Positions 1-12,174 of a DNA stretch of 64,000 bases are shown one piece after another. Under the pieces are notes generated by a model. That model saw only the letters and a list, made by a program, of their open reading frames with translations. It was not told the origin of the DNA and ran no database searches. Each line of letters begins with the position of its first letter. Position 1 is the stretch's first letter. The stretch comes from Ostrea edulis (lineage: Eukaryota), in contig NC_079169.1 in assembly GCF_947568905.1 (NCBI RefSeq), positions 87,544,001 to 87,608,000 of the forward strand, read 5' to 3'. Made by a program: the position numbers and the translations under genes.

Positions 1-850
1 TGGGAATATTTATATCTTGTGATCAGTTTCCTAAAAATTACTTTGTTTAATGCTACTCTGATTCTACGCACAGGTACTCTGAAGTTGATATATGTATCAA
101 GAATATGATGGAGTTCCTCCTTGACAGTATCTAAGTAGTCTTTGGTGATTAGGTCTTCCAACACTCTGTTGGAATTCCTATGGGTACGAATTGTACTCCT
201 TCACTAGCTGACATGTTTTTGCATTCTTATAAAGCAAATCTCTCCAAAAGCCTCTACATGAGAAGAAAACATATCGCTGTGACCTTCAACTCCACATTTA
301 GACAAATCGACGACGTTTTATCTATTAATGATACTCATTTTCATTCATATGTTGATTGGATATATTTATCCCAGTGAGTTCGAAGCAAGAAACACAACAA
401 AGTCTTCTACGTCTGCTTCCACTTGGATATTTTATTGAAGTTGATTGGAAACAGCAATGTAAAACTCAACAAACGAGATGACTTCAGCTTTTCCATCGTC
501 AACTTCCCGTAATCATGTAGCAATATTACAAAATCACCTGCATATGATATTTATGTCTTTCAACTGGTTCGATAAACAATAGCATCTTCTGCGTATGATA
601 ATTCTTAAATGGAGCCAGACTACTGACAAATAAGTTTTTGTTATAGTGGTTTCAATAATCTCGTTTAAATTCAGCATTTCGCAATTGTATTGTCGTTATA
701 ACGATCTAATTTACAACTACGATATGTGGGTAAAATGAACACTATCTGACTTGTTTGACACCATTCTTAGGCCGTTTTGGCTCACTGATTTTGACTACGG
801 ATCACTCTGTTTACCTGATCAAGATATAGAGCAAGATATATCGTAAGTAT
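1..850 (+). mobile_element. Decayed Penelope-like (Naiad-type) reverse transcriptase fragment, arm1 copy
   Basis: GIPMGTNC-P-LAD-FL and FR--DDVLS RT motifs (ORF 180-377), followed by degenerate RDDFSFSIVNFP; interrupted by stops and frameshifts. Confidence 0.85.
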
Positions 851-2180
851 CCCTTGACCCAATGCTCAAAATAATCTACAACAATATTTCAAACTTCTCT
901 ACCATTCCATAACACTCAGCTTCTCTTAAATCTTTGGCATTTTGTACAGAAGTACTGAATTGATTTAAAGAAAAAAATGAATTGATTTGTTAATTGTTTA
1001 TTGAACACATTCAAAACACAGAATACAAGTTAGAGGAAGGACATCTTTATACAGCATGGCGTACGTGAATCTCAGCAACACTACAAAACAATAGAATTAA
1101 CACAGCAATTATATATACTTTGGTATATTTATCACACAACTGATCTATATATATGTGTGTGTCAGAAAGTCACGATCTCCAGAGAATCAAACATAAAAGA
1201 TACAATGTCAAAGATATGTTGTGAAAACCAGCTTTCATTCAGTCTTCTAGAACAGTAATATTACAGGAGTGTACACGGAACAAATACTGCCTTCAATGAT
1301 TATTTTGTTGGGAGAATTAAATCAGAAATATGAAAAATGGCTAACACCTCACAAATGTTAAAGCAATTTGATAACAAATGTACACATTTGTATACCGTGG
1401 TGCCTGTAATATAGATTGATCTTAATTTAGTTGTTTAAAATATTAATCATCTAACATACTACTGGGAAATTATTGAACCAACATGTCAAGAGAACAAATA
1501 GAATTCATGAAATTCATATTATAAAGACTAATTTCGACATCTGAGTGAACGATATTAATCACAGAATAGCGGTAACACTATGTCATTTCAACAATTTAGA
1601 TTTATGGAACAGAAAATCACGATATATGCTCAATAAAATGATAATTTAATGTCCAATGGTCACCACAGTTACTGGATTAAATCTACTGATACAGTAATGA
1701 GACTTATGCTATAATTATGTCCCCGATACAGGCATGTTATCACTTCCTTCCATCATTATTTGAGTCGAAATTTTCATGACCTAACCCTTTTGTTCTCAAT
1801 TTGTAGACGTCTTGATATGTCAATTTGATCTTACCCTTATTTTAACACACCAACTTCACCCTCCTCTTATTTGTAAGGATCTTATCTAAATGCTTCATCT
1901 TCAATATCACCCTATTACCACTTCAATTTAAATCTCCCTTGGTCTTAATTGACCTTAACGGCGGTCATGTTGTACCTAGTATGCTTAAATTTCTAATGTG
2001 GTGTGTAGAGAGGAAATGAAGAATATTCTGAAAATTCCTTCTACACAGTAAATAAAATACCAACGAAAGAGAATTAGAATGATGATGGGACTACTTGGAT
2101 CAGAAAAGCAAGGCCATGTCTTAAGCTCAGGTGACTTCCATCAAAATGAAACTAGTGATATGGAAGAGAATGAATAAAAC

Positions 2181-3154
2181 CTACGCCATTTCACATATAT
2201 AATTGTTGAGATCGGTGCAAGGATCATCTGTCCACGTCATTACATAGCCTGGTTCATTTCGAAAGACTACACAATTTTCGTTTCCATATCTGTTGTTAGG
2301 CTGGATGGTACCCCAGTTGGTATAGGTAGCAGTTTTACCGGAGGATATCCAAACAAATGTATCTTCTTCGACGATATCAGTTAAACCAATGTAGAAACCA
2401 TGGTATCCTAATATGTAGACAAAGTTATCAATATGTAAGTGAATTCAAATAGGAATATCAAATATTTCATTGTGACAAGGGTATTCATTTACATTCTTTT
2501 TAAATAGAAATATTTGCTCTTGGAATAAACATTGAGGAATCACAAACCAGACTGTTTGACGGGGTTTTCAAGAAATTTCTGTGTCGCGACATCGTCCACT
2601 GTGGCCAAAGACGCAGTCCTGCCATACTGAGAACCAATTGCTTGGCAGAGTTTCTTAAGGAAAAGAAGAGAGTCTGTGTTATTCGTCATCAATTACAGCT
2701 TTGAGATTTTATGCAATATCTGTAACATGTCATGAATGACGATTCTAGAGTATATTTAATGAATGTAAGGACAGAGAAATGAATGTTTACCAGTGCTCCG
2801 GCAAGCGTCTCGTTGTCTTTGCTGAGGAAGAAACATCTGTCATTGTGTGCACTCCAGTTAGTGGGACAAACAGCGAATACTTCAATCAAAGATTAAAATA
2901 ATGTAATCATACATGTGTATGTCTGAAAACAAACCATATACCCCACCTCCCGAAACAGAAACTCAAATGAAACTAAAGGAAACTTTTCCAAGAATCCGAA
3001 TATTTGAAAAATGTAGAGTACTTCAAATGAAATTCACAAATGATTAAAATCAAAGAACAGTTTCTGCCATTCTTTAGTACTTGAATAGAATATGCATCCA
3101 AATAAACTTACCTGTGGTCAGTGCTGTGAGAAAGATGAGGAGCTGAATATTCAT
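2181..3154 (-). CDS. C-type lectin type A, copy A1. Four exons: 3154-3112, 2879-2791, 2653-2548, 2407-2181; ~154 aa, secreted, perlucin-like CTLD
   Basis: Signal peptide MNIQLLIFLTALTTG; CPTNWSAHNDRCFFLS; YIGLTD; WGTIQPNN; ENCVV; WTDDPC; YICE. All introns GT-AG with consistent phases. Confidence 0.92.
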
Positions 3155-4279
3155 TTTGGACGGTTGATTATTTGTAATCTGTAGAGAAACCAAGTTGGTG
3201 CACTTATATAGTGCTGCAATTTTGATAAGAAGTCACGGAGAGAAAGGTTATAATGTAGAACCTAAAGAAGAACACCATTCACATCTCCTAGGTGGATGAA
3301 GACCTTACAATCATCACGTTTAATTTAGTAGGCGTAAGATTTGACTACACGACATTAAAGGAAACGAAAATTATCAATATATACTGCATGACAACATGAT
3401 AACACTGTTTATCATAATCATTACATATTGGGGGAATTTGGTCCCAATTTTGATTTCTTTACAGGAGCAATAAAGGTTTGAGGGTGAATTCAAAACAGAA
3501 TGAAAAATATAACAATGCATGTGGGTTTGGATGAATGTAGGACATTAATTTCGAAGTACATAGCATGAACAAATGAAAATCATGTAACTTTCTTAATTCT
3601 ATAATTTGTAGTTGATAATCAGTATATACAATGTGTCGCAATAATAATTGTATTTAGATACCTCTGTGAGCATACTGTAACTCTCCCAGTCATTCACTGT
3701 TTGCAGTTGTATGTCCCGCTAGAATATTTTGCTGAATTAGAGGCACCACCAGCTTAAGGCAAAAAGCATCAGATTTAGGGTTTTTAATTCCGTTTCCATG
3801 ACTTTAAGATATCTTACGTTGATGAGTTGTATTTGTGGATATAAAAACACCTTTACTTAAGAAACGTAATGTAGACTATTTCGTTAATTTTATTTGTCTA
3901 AAGATATTTTATTTGCACTACTCTACATGGTATAAATTGGTATTTTTTAAAACAAATTTACTAGTGCACCATTTGCTTTGTACGTGGGTGAAAGTCGGTC
4001 AACCAAATCACGAAAACTAGAATATATGATATTTCAGTTTCCACTAACGAGAAAGAATTGCATATTTAGATAATCTGAAACGTGCATCACGTATAGGTAG
4101 TGGACATGACGTCTTGACAATGTTCTACATTGTGATCTTTCTCCGTCAACATAATCCTGTTTGATTATGTTCTATTTCCTTACCTTTCTTCACGAACCTA
4201 AAATCTTATCAAAATTACACCACTATATAAAAGCAAGAAATTGGTTTCTCTGCAGATCATTATTAATCAACCGTCCAAA
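3155..4279. promoter_or_regulatory. Divergent promoter region between lectins A1 and B1, with two TATA boxes (3204-3210 minus; 4224-4232 plus)
   Basis: TATATAA about 50 bp upstream of each ATG; both genes share the leader aaccgtccaaaATG. Confidence 0.7.
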
Positions 4280-5391
4280 ATGAATATCCAGCTCCTCATC
4301 TTTCTCGCAGCGATGACCACAGGTATGTTTATAAGGATGTTGATTGTATCATCATTAATATCAGCATTTTACCGCAATTTTTTTAAAAAGAGCCTTAAAT
4401 TACCAGGGACCGGATAAATTGGAGGTCACAGCTTACTAATAAATTTTTCTGTTTGCTTTTTCAAATTACTAAGAAAGATTAGAAATAAATGAATTTTATT
4501 TTCAGTTCTGCCTACTAACAATTCTGAACTCTCTTCTAGTGTTCGCTGCCTGTCCTGCACATTGGTCTGGACATAGGGACAAATGTTACTTCTTCAGTAG
4601 AGACAATGAGACGTTTTCGGACGCTCTGGTAAATATCCGTTATTCTCTTTCTACAAAAGACATTATTTCAAAGATAATCGTCCTTGATAAATGTCTTCAT
4701 GTGTGTAGAATGACGTCATCGCTTTCTTGCAGATACTCTGTGAAATGCTAGGAGTCCAGTACCGTAGACCTGCCTCCATTGCCACCATAGATGGCGCCAA
4801 CACACAAAACTATCTGGCCAACCTGATTAGGCACTCCGGTATGTCCATCTCCTTTCAAAACCCAAAACAGATACCTTTTCCCTTGTGATTGATATACATT
4901 AAGATCGACTCAAAACTATAATTGTACTCTACTCTGTCGTTCCATTACATTCCAGGATCTAATGCTTACTATATTGGTGTCAACGATATTGTCAACGAGG
5001 GCGAATTTGTATGGATTTCTTCTGGACAGAATGCCACTTATTTGAACTGGGGTCCCGACCAGCCCAACAACCGATGGGGAAATGAAAATTGTGTTGTCAT
5101 TAGAAACGATCCAGGTCAAGGGTTTGACATGACGTGGTCAGATGACCCCTGCACTGATCTGAACACGTATATCTGCGAAATGCCGTATGTTTTCACTTTT
5201 GTTTTATCATATTACATCCTTCAAAGATTTAGGTAGGGAATTATTGATATCATTTACATCTCATGATGTTGATATCGTCTTACTAAAACTAGTACGCATC
5301 GAATGTCGACCGGTCACACCCGCCGTGAGCCCTATATCTCGATCCCAGTCGATTATTTTACAGGTACCCCAGGTTGATTACAGATTCTTAA
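4280..5391 (+). CDS. C-type lectin type B, copy B1. Five exons: 4280-4322, 4540-4628, 4733-4838, 4956-5184, 5364-5391; ~164 aa
   Basis: Signal peptide MNIQLLIFLAAMTTG; CPAHWSGHRDKCYFFS; YIGVND; WGPDQPNN; ENCVV; WSDDPC; YICE. GT-AG introns. The short last exon is inferred from a conserved acceptor and stop. Confidence 0.9.
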
Positions 5392-6174
5392 TTTTGTCGG
5401 AGGCAGTTGCAGACGATATAAGTTTGATATTCTTGAATAAATGTGGTGAAATAAAGCAGCTTCTTGTATCTGTAGTAATACACAATTATCATCTCTGAAT
5501 TAAGATTTTCAATGCTTTGATTCAGGATATTACGTTTCACTAAAACCGTTCCAACTTTACCATTAGATCGCTTTATTCTTTCTAAATGCTTGATGTCGGA
5601 CATAATGATTGTTATTCCATCATAGCATCATGAACACCAATGTGGATTCCGTGAATTATCATGGTACATGTATATCGACTTCATGGATTATCGCTGTTTT
5701 ATAAGTTTTATTGCATCGTAAAATCATGTTAATATTTCTGTAGGAGTTTCTAAGAAGTGATACACATCTTTCAGCTTAGAAATAAAGCTATTCACATGTT
5801 TTTTTGTATTGTAGTGCTGCTGAGATTCACATTCCGATTGTTGGATAAAGAGTAATGCATTATTATTGTATTTTGTGTGTTATATGTATATACTGTACAA
5901 ATAAATTATCTTATTTTTTGTCTGCTAAATCTTTAAAAAATATGGTATTTATTCACATAATGTCAAATAATTATTTTCAAGAATGATTATACCTGAAAAA
6001 GGTATTCAAATAGAAAAGTCAAACTGATTAGAGGTTAAGTAAGATTCATAAAGATTGAATAGAGGTAAAGAAGAATTGTTACAAATTAACAGTAAATGTA
6101 TTCTGAGAGAAGGCAATCAACAGTTCATACGTATTGACAATGGGAATTCGATAGTACATACATATAGACACATG

Positions 6175-7859
6175 GATTGAGAGCAGACATTCAACTGTCA
6201 TACTAATCGAGACAAGATAATCAACTGTCATACAGATTGAGACAAGACAATCAACTGTTATACAGATTGAGACAAGATAATCGACAGTCATACAGAATGA
6301 GATAACACAATCAACTGTCATACAGATTGAGATAACACAATCAACAGTCATACAGAATGATATAAGACACAACCAACTGTCATACATATTGAGATAAGAC
6401 AACCAACTGTCATACAGATTGAGACAACATAATCAACTGTCATACAGATTGAGAAAAGACAATCAACTGTCATACAGATTGAGATAAGACACAATCAACT
6501 GTCATACAAATTGAAACAACATAATCAACTATCATACAGAACGCGATAAGATAATCAACAGTCATACAGAATGAGACAAGATAATTAACTGTCATACAGA
6601 ATGAGACAAGATAATTAACTGTCATACAGATTGAGACAAGATAATTAACTGTCATACAGATTGAGAAAAGATAATTAACTGTCATACAGATAGAGACAAG
6701 ATAATTATCTGTCAAACAGAATGAGATAAAATAATCAAATGTCATACAGATTGAGACAAGATAATTAACTGTCATACAGAATGAGACAATATAATTAACT
6801 GTCATTCAGATGGAGACAAAATAATTGTCATACAGAATGAGATAAAATAATCAACTGTCATACAGATTGAGACAAGATAATCAACTGTAATACATTTTAA
6901 GGCAAGATAATTAACTGTCATGCAGATTGAGATAAGATAATCAACTGTTATACAAATTGAGACAAGATAATCAACTCTAATACATTTTGAGACAAGATAA
7001 TTAACTGTCATACAGATTGAGACAAAATAATTAACTGTCATACAGATTGAGAAAAGATAATTAACTGTCATACAGATAGAGACAAGATAATTATCTGTCA
7101 TACAGAATGAGATAAGATAATCAACTGTCATACAGATTGAGACAAAATAATTAACTGTCATACAGAATGAGATGATATAATTAACTGTCATACAGATTGA
7201 GACAAGATAATTAACAGTCATACATAATGAGATAAGACAGGTAACTGTCATACAGATTGAGATAAGACAATCAAAAGTCATACAGAATGAGATAAGATAA
7301 TCAACTGTCATACAGATTGAAACAACATAATCAACTCTCATACAGTTTGAAATAAGAGAATTAAATGTCATACAGATTGAGACAAAAATAATCAACACTC
7401 ATACAGATTGAAACAAGATAATCAACTGTCATACAGATTGAGATAAGACAATCAACAGTCATACAGATTGAGACAAGATAATCAACCGTCATACAGAATG
7501 AGATAAGATAATTAACTGTCATACAGATTGAGACAAGATGATTAACTGTTATACATATTGAGACAAGATAATTAACTGTCATACAGATTGAGAAAAGATA
7601 ATTAACTGTCATACAGATTGAGACAAGATAATTAACTGTCAAACAGATTGAGACAAGATAATTAGCTGTCATACAGATTGAGACAAGATAATTAACTGTA
7701 ATACAGATTGATACAAGATAATTAACTGTCACACAGATTGAGATAAGATAATCAACAGTCGTACAGAGTTAGATAAGACAATCGATAGTCATATAGAATG
7801 AGATAAGACAATTAACTGTCATACAGATTGAGATAAGATAATCAACTGTCAAACAGATT
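6175..7859. repeat. 30-bp satellite array (~56 units; AGATAATCAACTGTCATACAGATTGAGACA)
   Basis: Clear 30-bp periodicity; produces spurious 10-aa repeat ORFs. Confidence 0.95.
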
Positions 7860-9261
7860 ATAATTATAATTTAATGCAAAAGACAAATGTACTAACATTC
7901 GTTTATTAAAATGTACATAAATTTTGAAAAATACAAGTCAACTGAGCCGCAAAATGACTCACTTAGCATGACGAAGCGTCTAGCTGTGAAGGTAGCAATA
8001 TTAGTTCTTTTGAGCCTATTTATCAAATTATTGTAAATGTAGTAATTGAAGGTGAAGTTTGAAGTTCGTTGGGACAGAAAATATGTGTAGGCTATGAATG
8101 CAATGCGTATTTTGCTGCCCTTAAAGATCGACTTTGAAGTAGACTACATGAAAACTTACCCTTGCATGCAACGTTGTCGCTAATAGTAAGTCCGACACAA
8201 GAAATATACAAACAAGTGATTAATTGCGATCCACAGCTCAATGTGACTGACGTCATCTGATATGAAATATGACGTATGATTGTTTTTTTGAAAGGCAGAT
8301 CAAGCAATGAAGCAACCCCCTTCCCCAAGGAGAAATGTATATCAAAATGAGCAGGCTTCTGTTTACTTGGTAAATAATTAATTCGAATATAATTTCTTTG
8401 GCTTTACCTATTATTCGACCATGACACAGAGAAAGATCTTTTCCAACAGTGATTTGCGTACAAGTAGATGGTAATTGACAAGGAGAAAAAAATATGTATA
8501 TTAAACCAAAATATCGTATTGCACGCGTTGACTTTCTATTCCAAATGCAAGGCCCAAAAGATTGCTGCAATGTAAATTTCAAGAGAGAAAAATAGTTCCG
8601 GCAACTGGTTGTCAAGGGGCATGTCCCCATACCAAACCAGGTTATACAAAAATAATCTGCGCTCCTCAATTTAAATTTGACCAATCAGAGACTAGAATAC
8701 AATATGAATTAAATTATAAGAGAATAATTTCAGTGTATTGTATGTAGTCATTAACAAGAGTTGAAAATATATTTCAAAGAATAGATTAAAACGATTGATA
8801 TTTCGCACAACCATCAAAATAATTTCGACGTCAAATAAATTCAAACATATTTTGGAGTATGAAATGATATTTTTCAGACATGCATAGGTATTTATAAATG
8901 CACATTGAAAACAATTTGTCAGTAAAAATATTATATTCTCGTAATCATTTATTTTGTAGTTTCTTTGCATTAAAATAGTTAATTCTCTAACTAATATCAC
9001 CTCAGCTGCCGAAAGTTCAAATTGAATATATACTACACTACACCAAAATGCACTTTATCATAAGGTGTAAACCGACTACACCGGGTATATAACGGTGTTA
9101 TGAAATGAAGACCAACCATACAGATTGAGAGGAAACAAACGACAGCCATAGAGATTGAGAGGAAACAAACGACAGCGATACAGATTGAGACAGGACAATC
9201 AACAGTCATAGTGATTTATACATGTTAACGAAAATGTAAACACATGAAGGTAAAGATTGAT

Positions 9262-9661
9262 TTTGATGCACCAGATGCGCATTTCAACAAATAATGTATC
9301 TTCATTGATGCTCAACCGAAATGTTTGAAATTCGAAATAGCAATGAAGTTTTAGAGCTATTTTAGGGGGAAACAGAGTGCCTAAAAAGTGGAGTAAAATT
9401 CATCTAAGGATAAGAGCTATGCGTGAGGGAGATAATCCTTAATATTCAAATTAATTTCTAAATTTTATAACAGGAATTAAATATACATCCGTATTTTCAA
9501 GCTAGTAACGAAGTATTTAGCTACTGGGCTGTAGAGACTCTGGGGGACTAACAGTCCACCAGCAGAGGTCTCGACGCAGGGGTCATAATGTAAAACTTAT
9601 ACGGTACCAATTTTGATGTACCAGATGCGCATTTCGACAAATAATGTCTCTTCCGTGATGC
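9262..9661 (-). mobile_element. Non-LTR retrozyme monomer flanked by two minimal hammerhead motifs, at the centre of palindrome 1
   Basis: Predicted cleavage sites at 9274 and 9624 are 350 nt apart. Both cores are mutated (ATGAAGA, CGGAAGA). Matches copies at 28.6, 38.5, 50.0 and 56.4 kb. Confidence 0.82.
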
Positions 9662-9693
9662 TATTTCGGATTTCAAACATTTCGGTTGAGCAT

Positions 9694-9737
9694 GCAAGGT
9701 GAAGATAACGAACAGTGATCAATCTCATAACTCCTAC
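9694..9737 (-). mobile_element. 44-bp Naiad 3' tail inserted into a third, inverted hammerhead copy
   Basis: gcaaggtgaagataacgaacagtgatcaatctcataactcctac lies between gagcat and aatgaagatacattatttgtc. Confidence 0.8.
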
Positions 9738-10324
9738 AATGAAGATACATTATTTGTCAAAATGCGCATCTGGTGCATCAAAATTGGTACCGTGTAAGTT
9801 TTACATCAATCTTTACCTCGATGTGTTTATATTTTCGTTAACATGTATAAATCACTATGACTGTCGACTGTCCTGTCTCAATCTGTATCGCTGTCGTTTG
9901 TTTCCTCTCAATCTGTATGGCTGTCGTTTGTTTCCTCTCAATCTGTATGGATGGGCTTCATTTGATTACACCGCTGTATACCTGGTGTAGTCGGTTCACA
10001 CCTTATGATAAAGTGCATTTTGGTGTAGTGTAGTATATATTCAATATGGACGTTCAGCAGCTGAGGTGATATTAGTTAGAGAATTAACTATTTTAATGCA
10101 AAGAAACTACGAAATAAATAATTACGATAATATGATATTTTTAATTACAAATTGTTTTCAATGTGCATTTATAAATACCTATGCATGTCTGAAAAATATC
10201 ATTTCATACTCCGAAATATGTGTGGATTTATTTAACGTCGAAATTATTTTGATGGTTGTGCGAAATATCAATCGTTTTAATCTATTCTTTGAAATATATT
10301 TTCAACTCTTGGTCTTGACTACAT

Positions 10325-10917
10325 GCACGGTGAAGATAACGAACAGTGATCAATCTCATAACACCTACAACCAATACAAAATAGATAGTTGGGAAAACAC
10401 GGACCCCTGGACACACCAGAGGTGGGATCAGGTGCCTAGGAGGAGTAAGCATCCCCTGTTGACCGGTCACACCCGCCGTGAGCCCTATATCCTGATCAGG
10501 TAAACGGAGTTATCCGCAGTCAAAATCAGTGTGCCAAGAACGGCTTAACAATCGGTATGAAACACGTCAGACAGCATTTGACCCAATGTGAGGTTGTATT
10601 GACGAACCAGATCGTTATAACGACCATAGAATTTGCGAAATGCTGACTTCAATCGAGACTGTTGAAATCCCTGTACCATCAACTTGTTTGTCAGTAGCTT
10701 ACCTCGATTTAAAAACTGACTATACCCAGAACAAGCTCTTGCATATCGAATCAGTTGAGATATATAAACACCATATGCAGGTATTAATGGAATATTGCTA
10801 CACAAATATGGGAAGTTGACGATGGAGAAGCTGAAATCATTCCGTTTGTCATACAGTTGAGTCGTCAGTTTGCCGTTAATGTCTACTTTCAATAAAATAT
10901 CTAAGTATGAAGCAGAA
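10325..10917 (-). mobile_element. 5'-truncated young Naiad-type Penelope-like element (RT C-terminus plus 3' UTR)
   Basis: ORF 10545-10928: SASYLDILL, LYDKR-DFSFSIVNFP, SNIP--PAYGVYISQLIRYARACS; fixed 3' end. Confidence 0.9.
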
Positions 10918-11296
10918 TCTTGTCTCAATCTGTATGACAGTTGGTTGTCTTATCTCAATCTGTATGACAGCTGGTTGTCTTATCTCAATCTGTATGACAG
11001 CTGGTTGTCTTATCTCAATCTGTATGACTGTTGATTGTCTTATCTCAATCTGTATGACAGTTGGTTGTCTTGTCTCAATCTGTATGACAGTTGGTTGTCT
11101 TATCTCAATCTGTATGACGGTTGTCTTATCTCAATCTGTATGACAGTTGGTTGTCTTGTCTCAATCTGTATGACAGTTTGTTGTCTTGTCTCAATCTGTA
11201 TGACAGTTGGTTGTCTTATCTCAATCTGTATGACAGTTGGTTGTCTTATCTCAATCTGTATGACAGTTGGTTGTCTTATCTCAATCTGTATGACAG
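10918..11296. repeat. Short 30-bp satellite array fused to the 5' end of the Naiad insertion (~13 units)
   Basis: ttggttgtcttatctcaatctgtatgacag repeats; absent at the equivalent site in arm1 and arm3. Confidence 0.9.
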
Positions 11297-12174
11297 ATAC
11301 AATACACTGAAATTATTCTCTTATAATTTAATTCATATTGTATTCTAGTCTCTGATTGATCAAATTTAAATTGAGGAGCGCAAATTATTTCTGTATAACC
11401 TGTTTCGGTATGGGGACATGCCTTTTGACAACCAGTTGCCGGAACTATTTTTCTCTCTCGAAATGTACATTGCAGCACTGTTTTGGGCTTTGCATTTGGA
11501 ATAGAAAGTCAACGCGTGCAATACGATATTTTGGTTTAATAAACATATTTTTTCCTCGTTGTCAATTATCATCTACTTGCACGCAAATCACTGTTGCAAA
11601 AGATCTTTCTCTGTATCATGGTCGAATAATAGGTTAAACCAAAGATATTATATTCGAATTAATTATTTACCAAGTAAACATAACCCTGTTCATTTTGAAA
11701 TACATTTCTCCCTGGGGAAGAGGGTTGCTTCTTTCAAAAAAATAATCATACGTCATATTTCATATCAGATGACGTCAGTCACATTGAGCTGTGGATCGCA
11801 ATTAATCACTTGTTTGTATATTTCTTGTGTCGGACTTACTATTAGCGACAACGTTGCATGCAAGGGTAAGTTTTCATGTAGTCTACTTCAAAGTCGATCT
11901 TTAAGGGCAGCAAAATACGCATTGCATTCATAGCCTACACATATTTTCTGTTCCAACAAACTTCAAACTTCACCTTCAATTACTACATTTACAATAATTT
12001 GATAAATAGCCTCCGAAGAACCAATATTGCTGTCTTCACAGCTAGACGCTTCGTCGTGGTTGCTAAGTAAATCATTTTGCGGCTCAGTTGACTTGTATTT
12101 TTCAAAATGTATGTACATTTTAATAAACGAAGGTTGGTACATTTGCCTTTCGCATTAAATCATAATTATAATTT

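Larger units (their letters stand above)
1..9342 (+). repeat. Segmental duplication arm1 (left arm of palindrome 1; probably begins upstream of the window)
   Basis: Direct match to 29653-38536 and reverse-complement match to arm2 and arm4 across genes, introns and flanks. Confidence 0.93.

Noticed and set aside
4916-5603. Antisense and overlapping ORFs around lectin B (MTWIVSND..., MSDIKHLE..., MFSLLF...)
   Set aside because: Shadows of the lectin exon and UTR; stop positions vary between copies.
6175-7859. Regular ~30-bp repeats resembling a CRISPR array
   Set aside because: The units are contiguous with no unique spacers, the context is eukaryotic, and there are no cas genes.
8092-9000. 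ORFs such as MILVRELT... and MGKGVASLL..., recurring in several arms
   Set aside because: Recurrence is explained by the duplication. No recognisable domain, and the frames break between copies.
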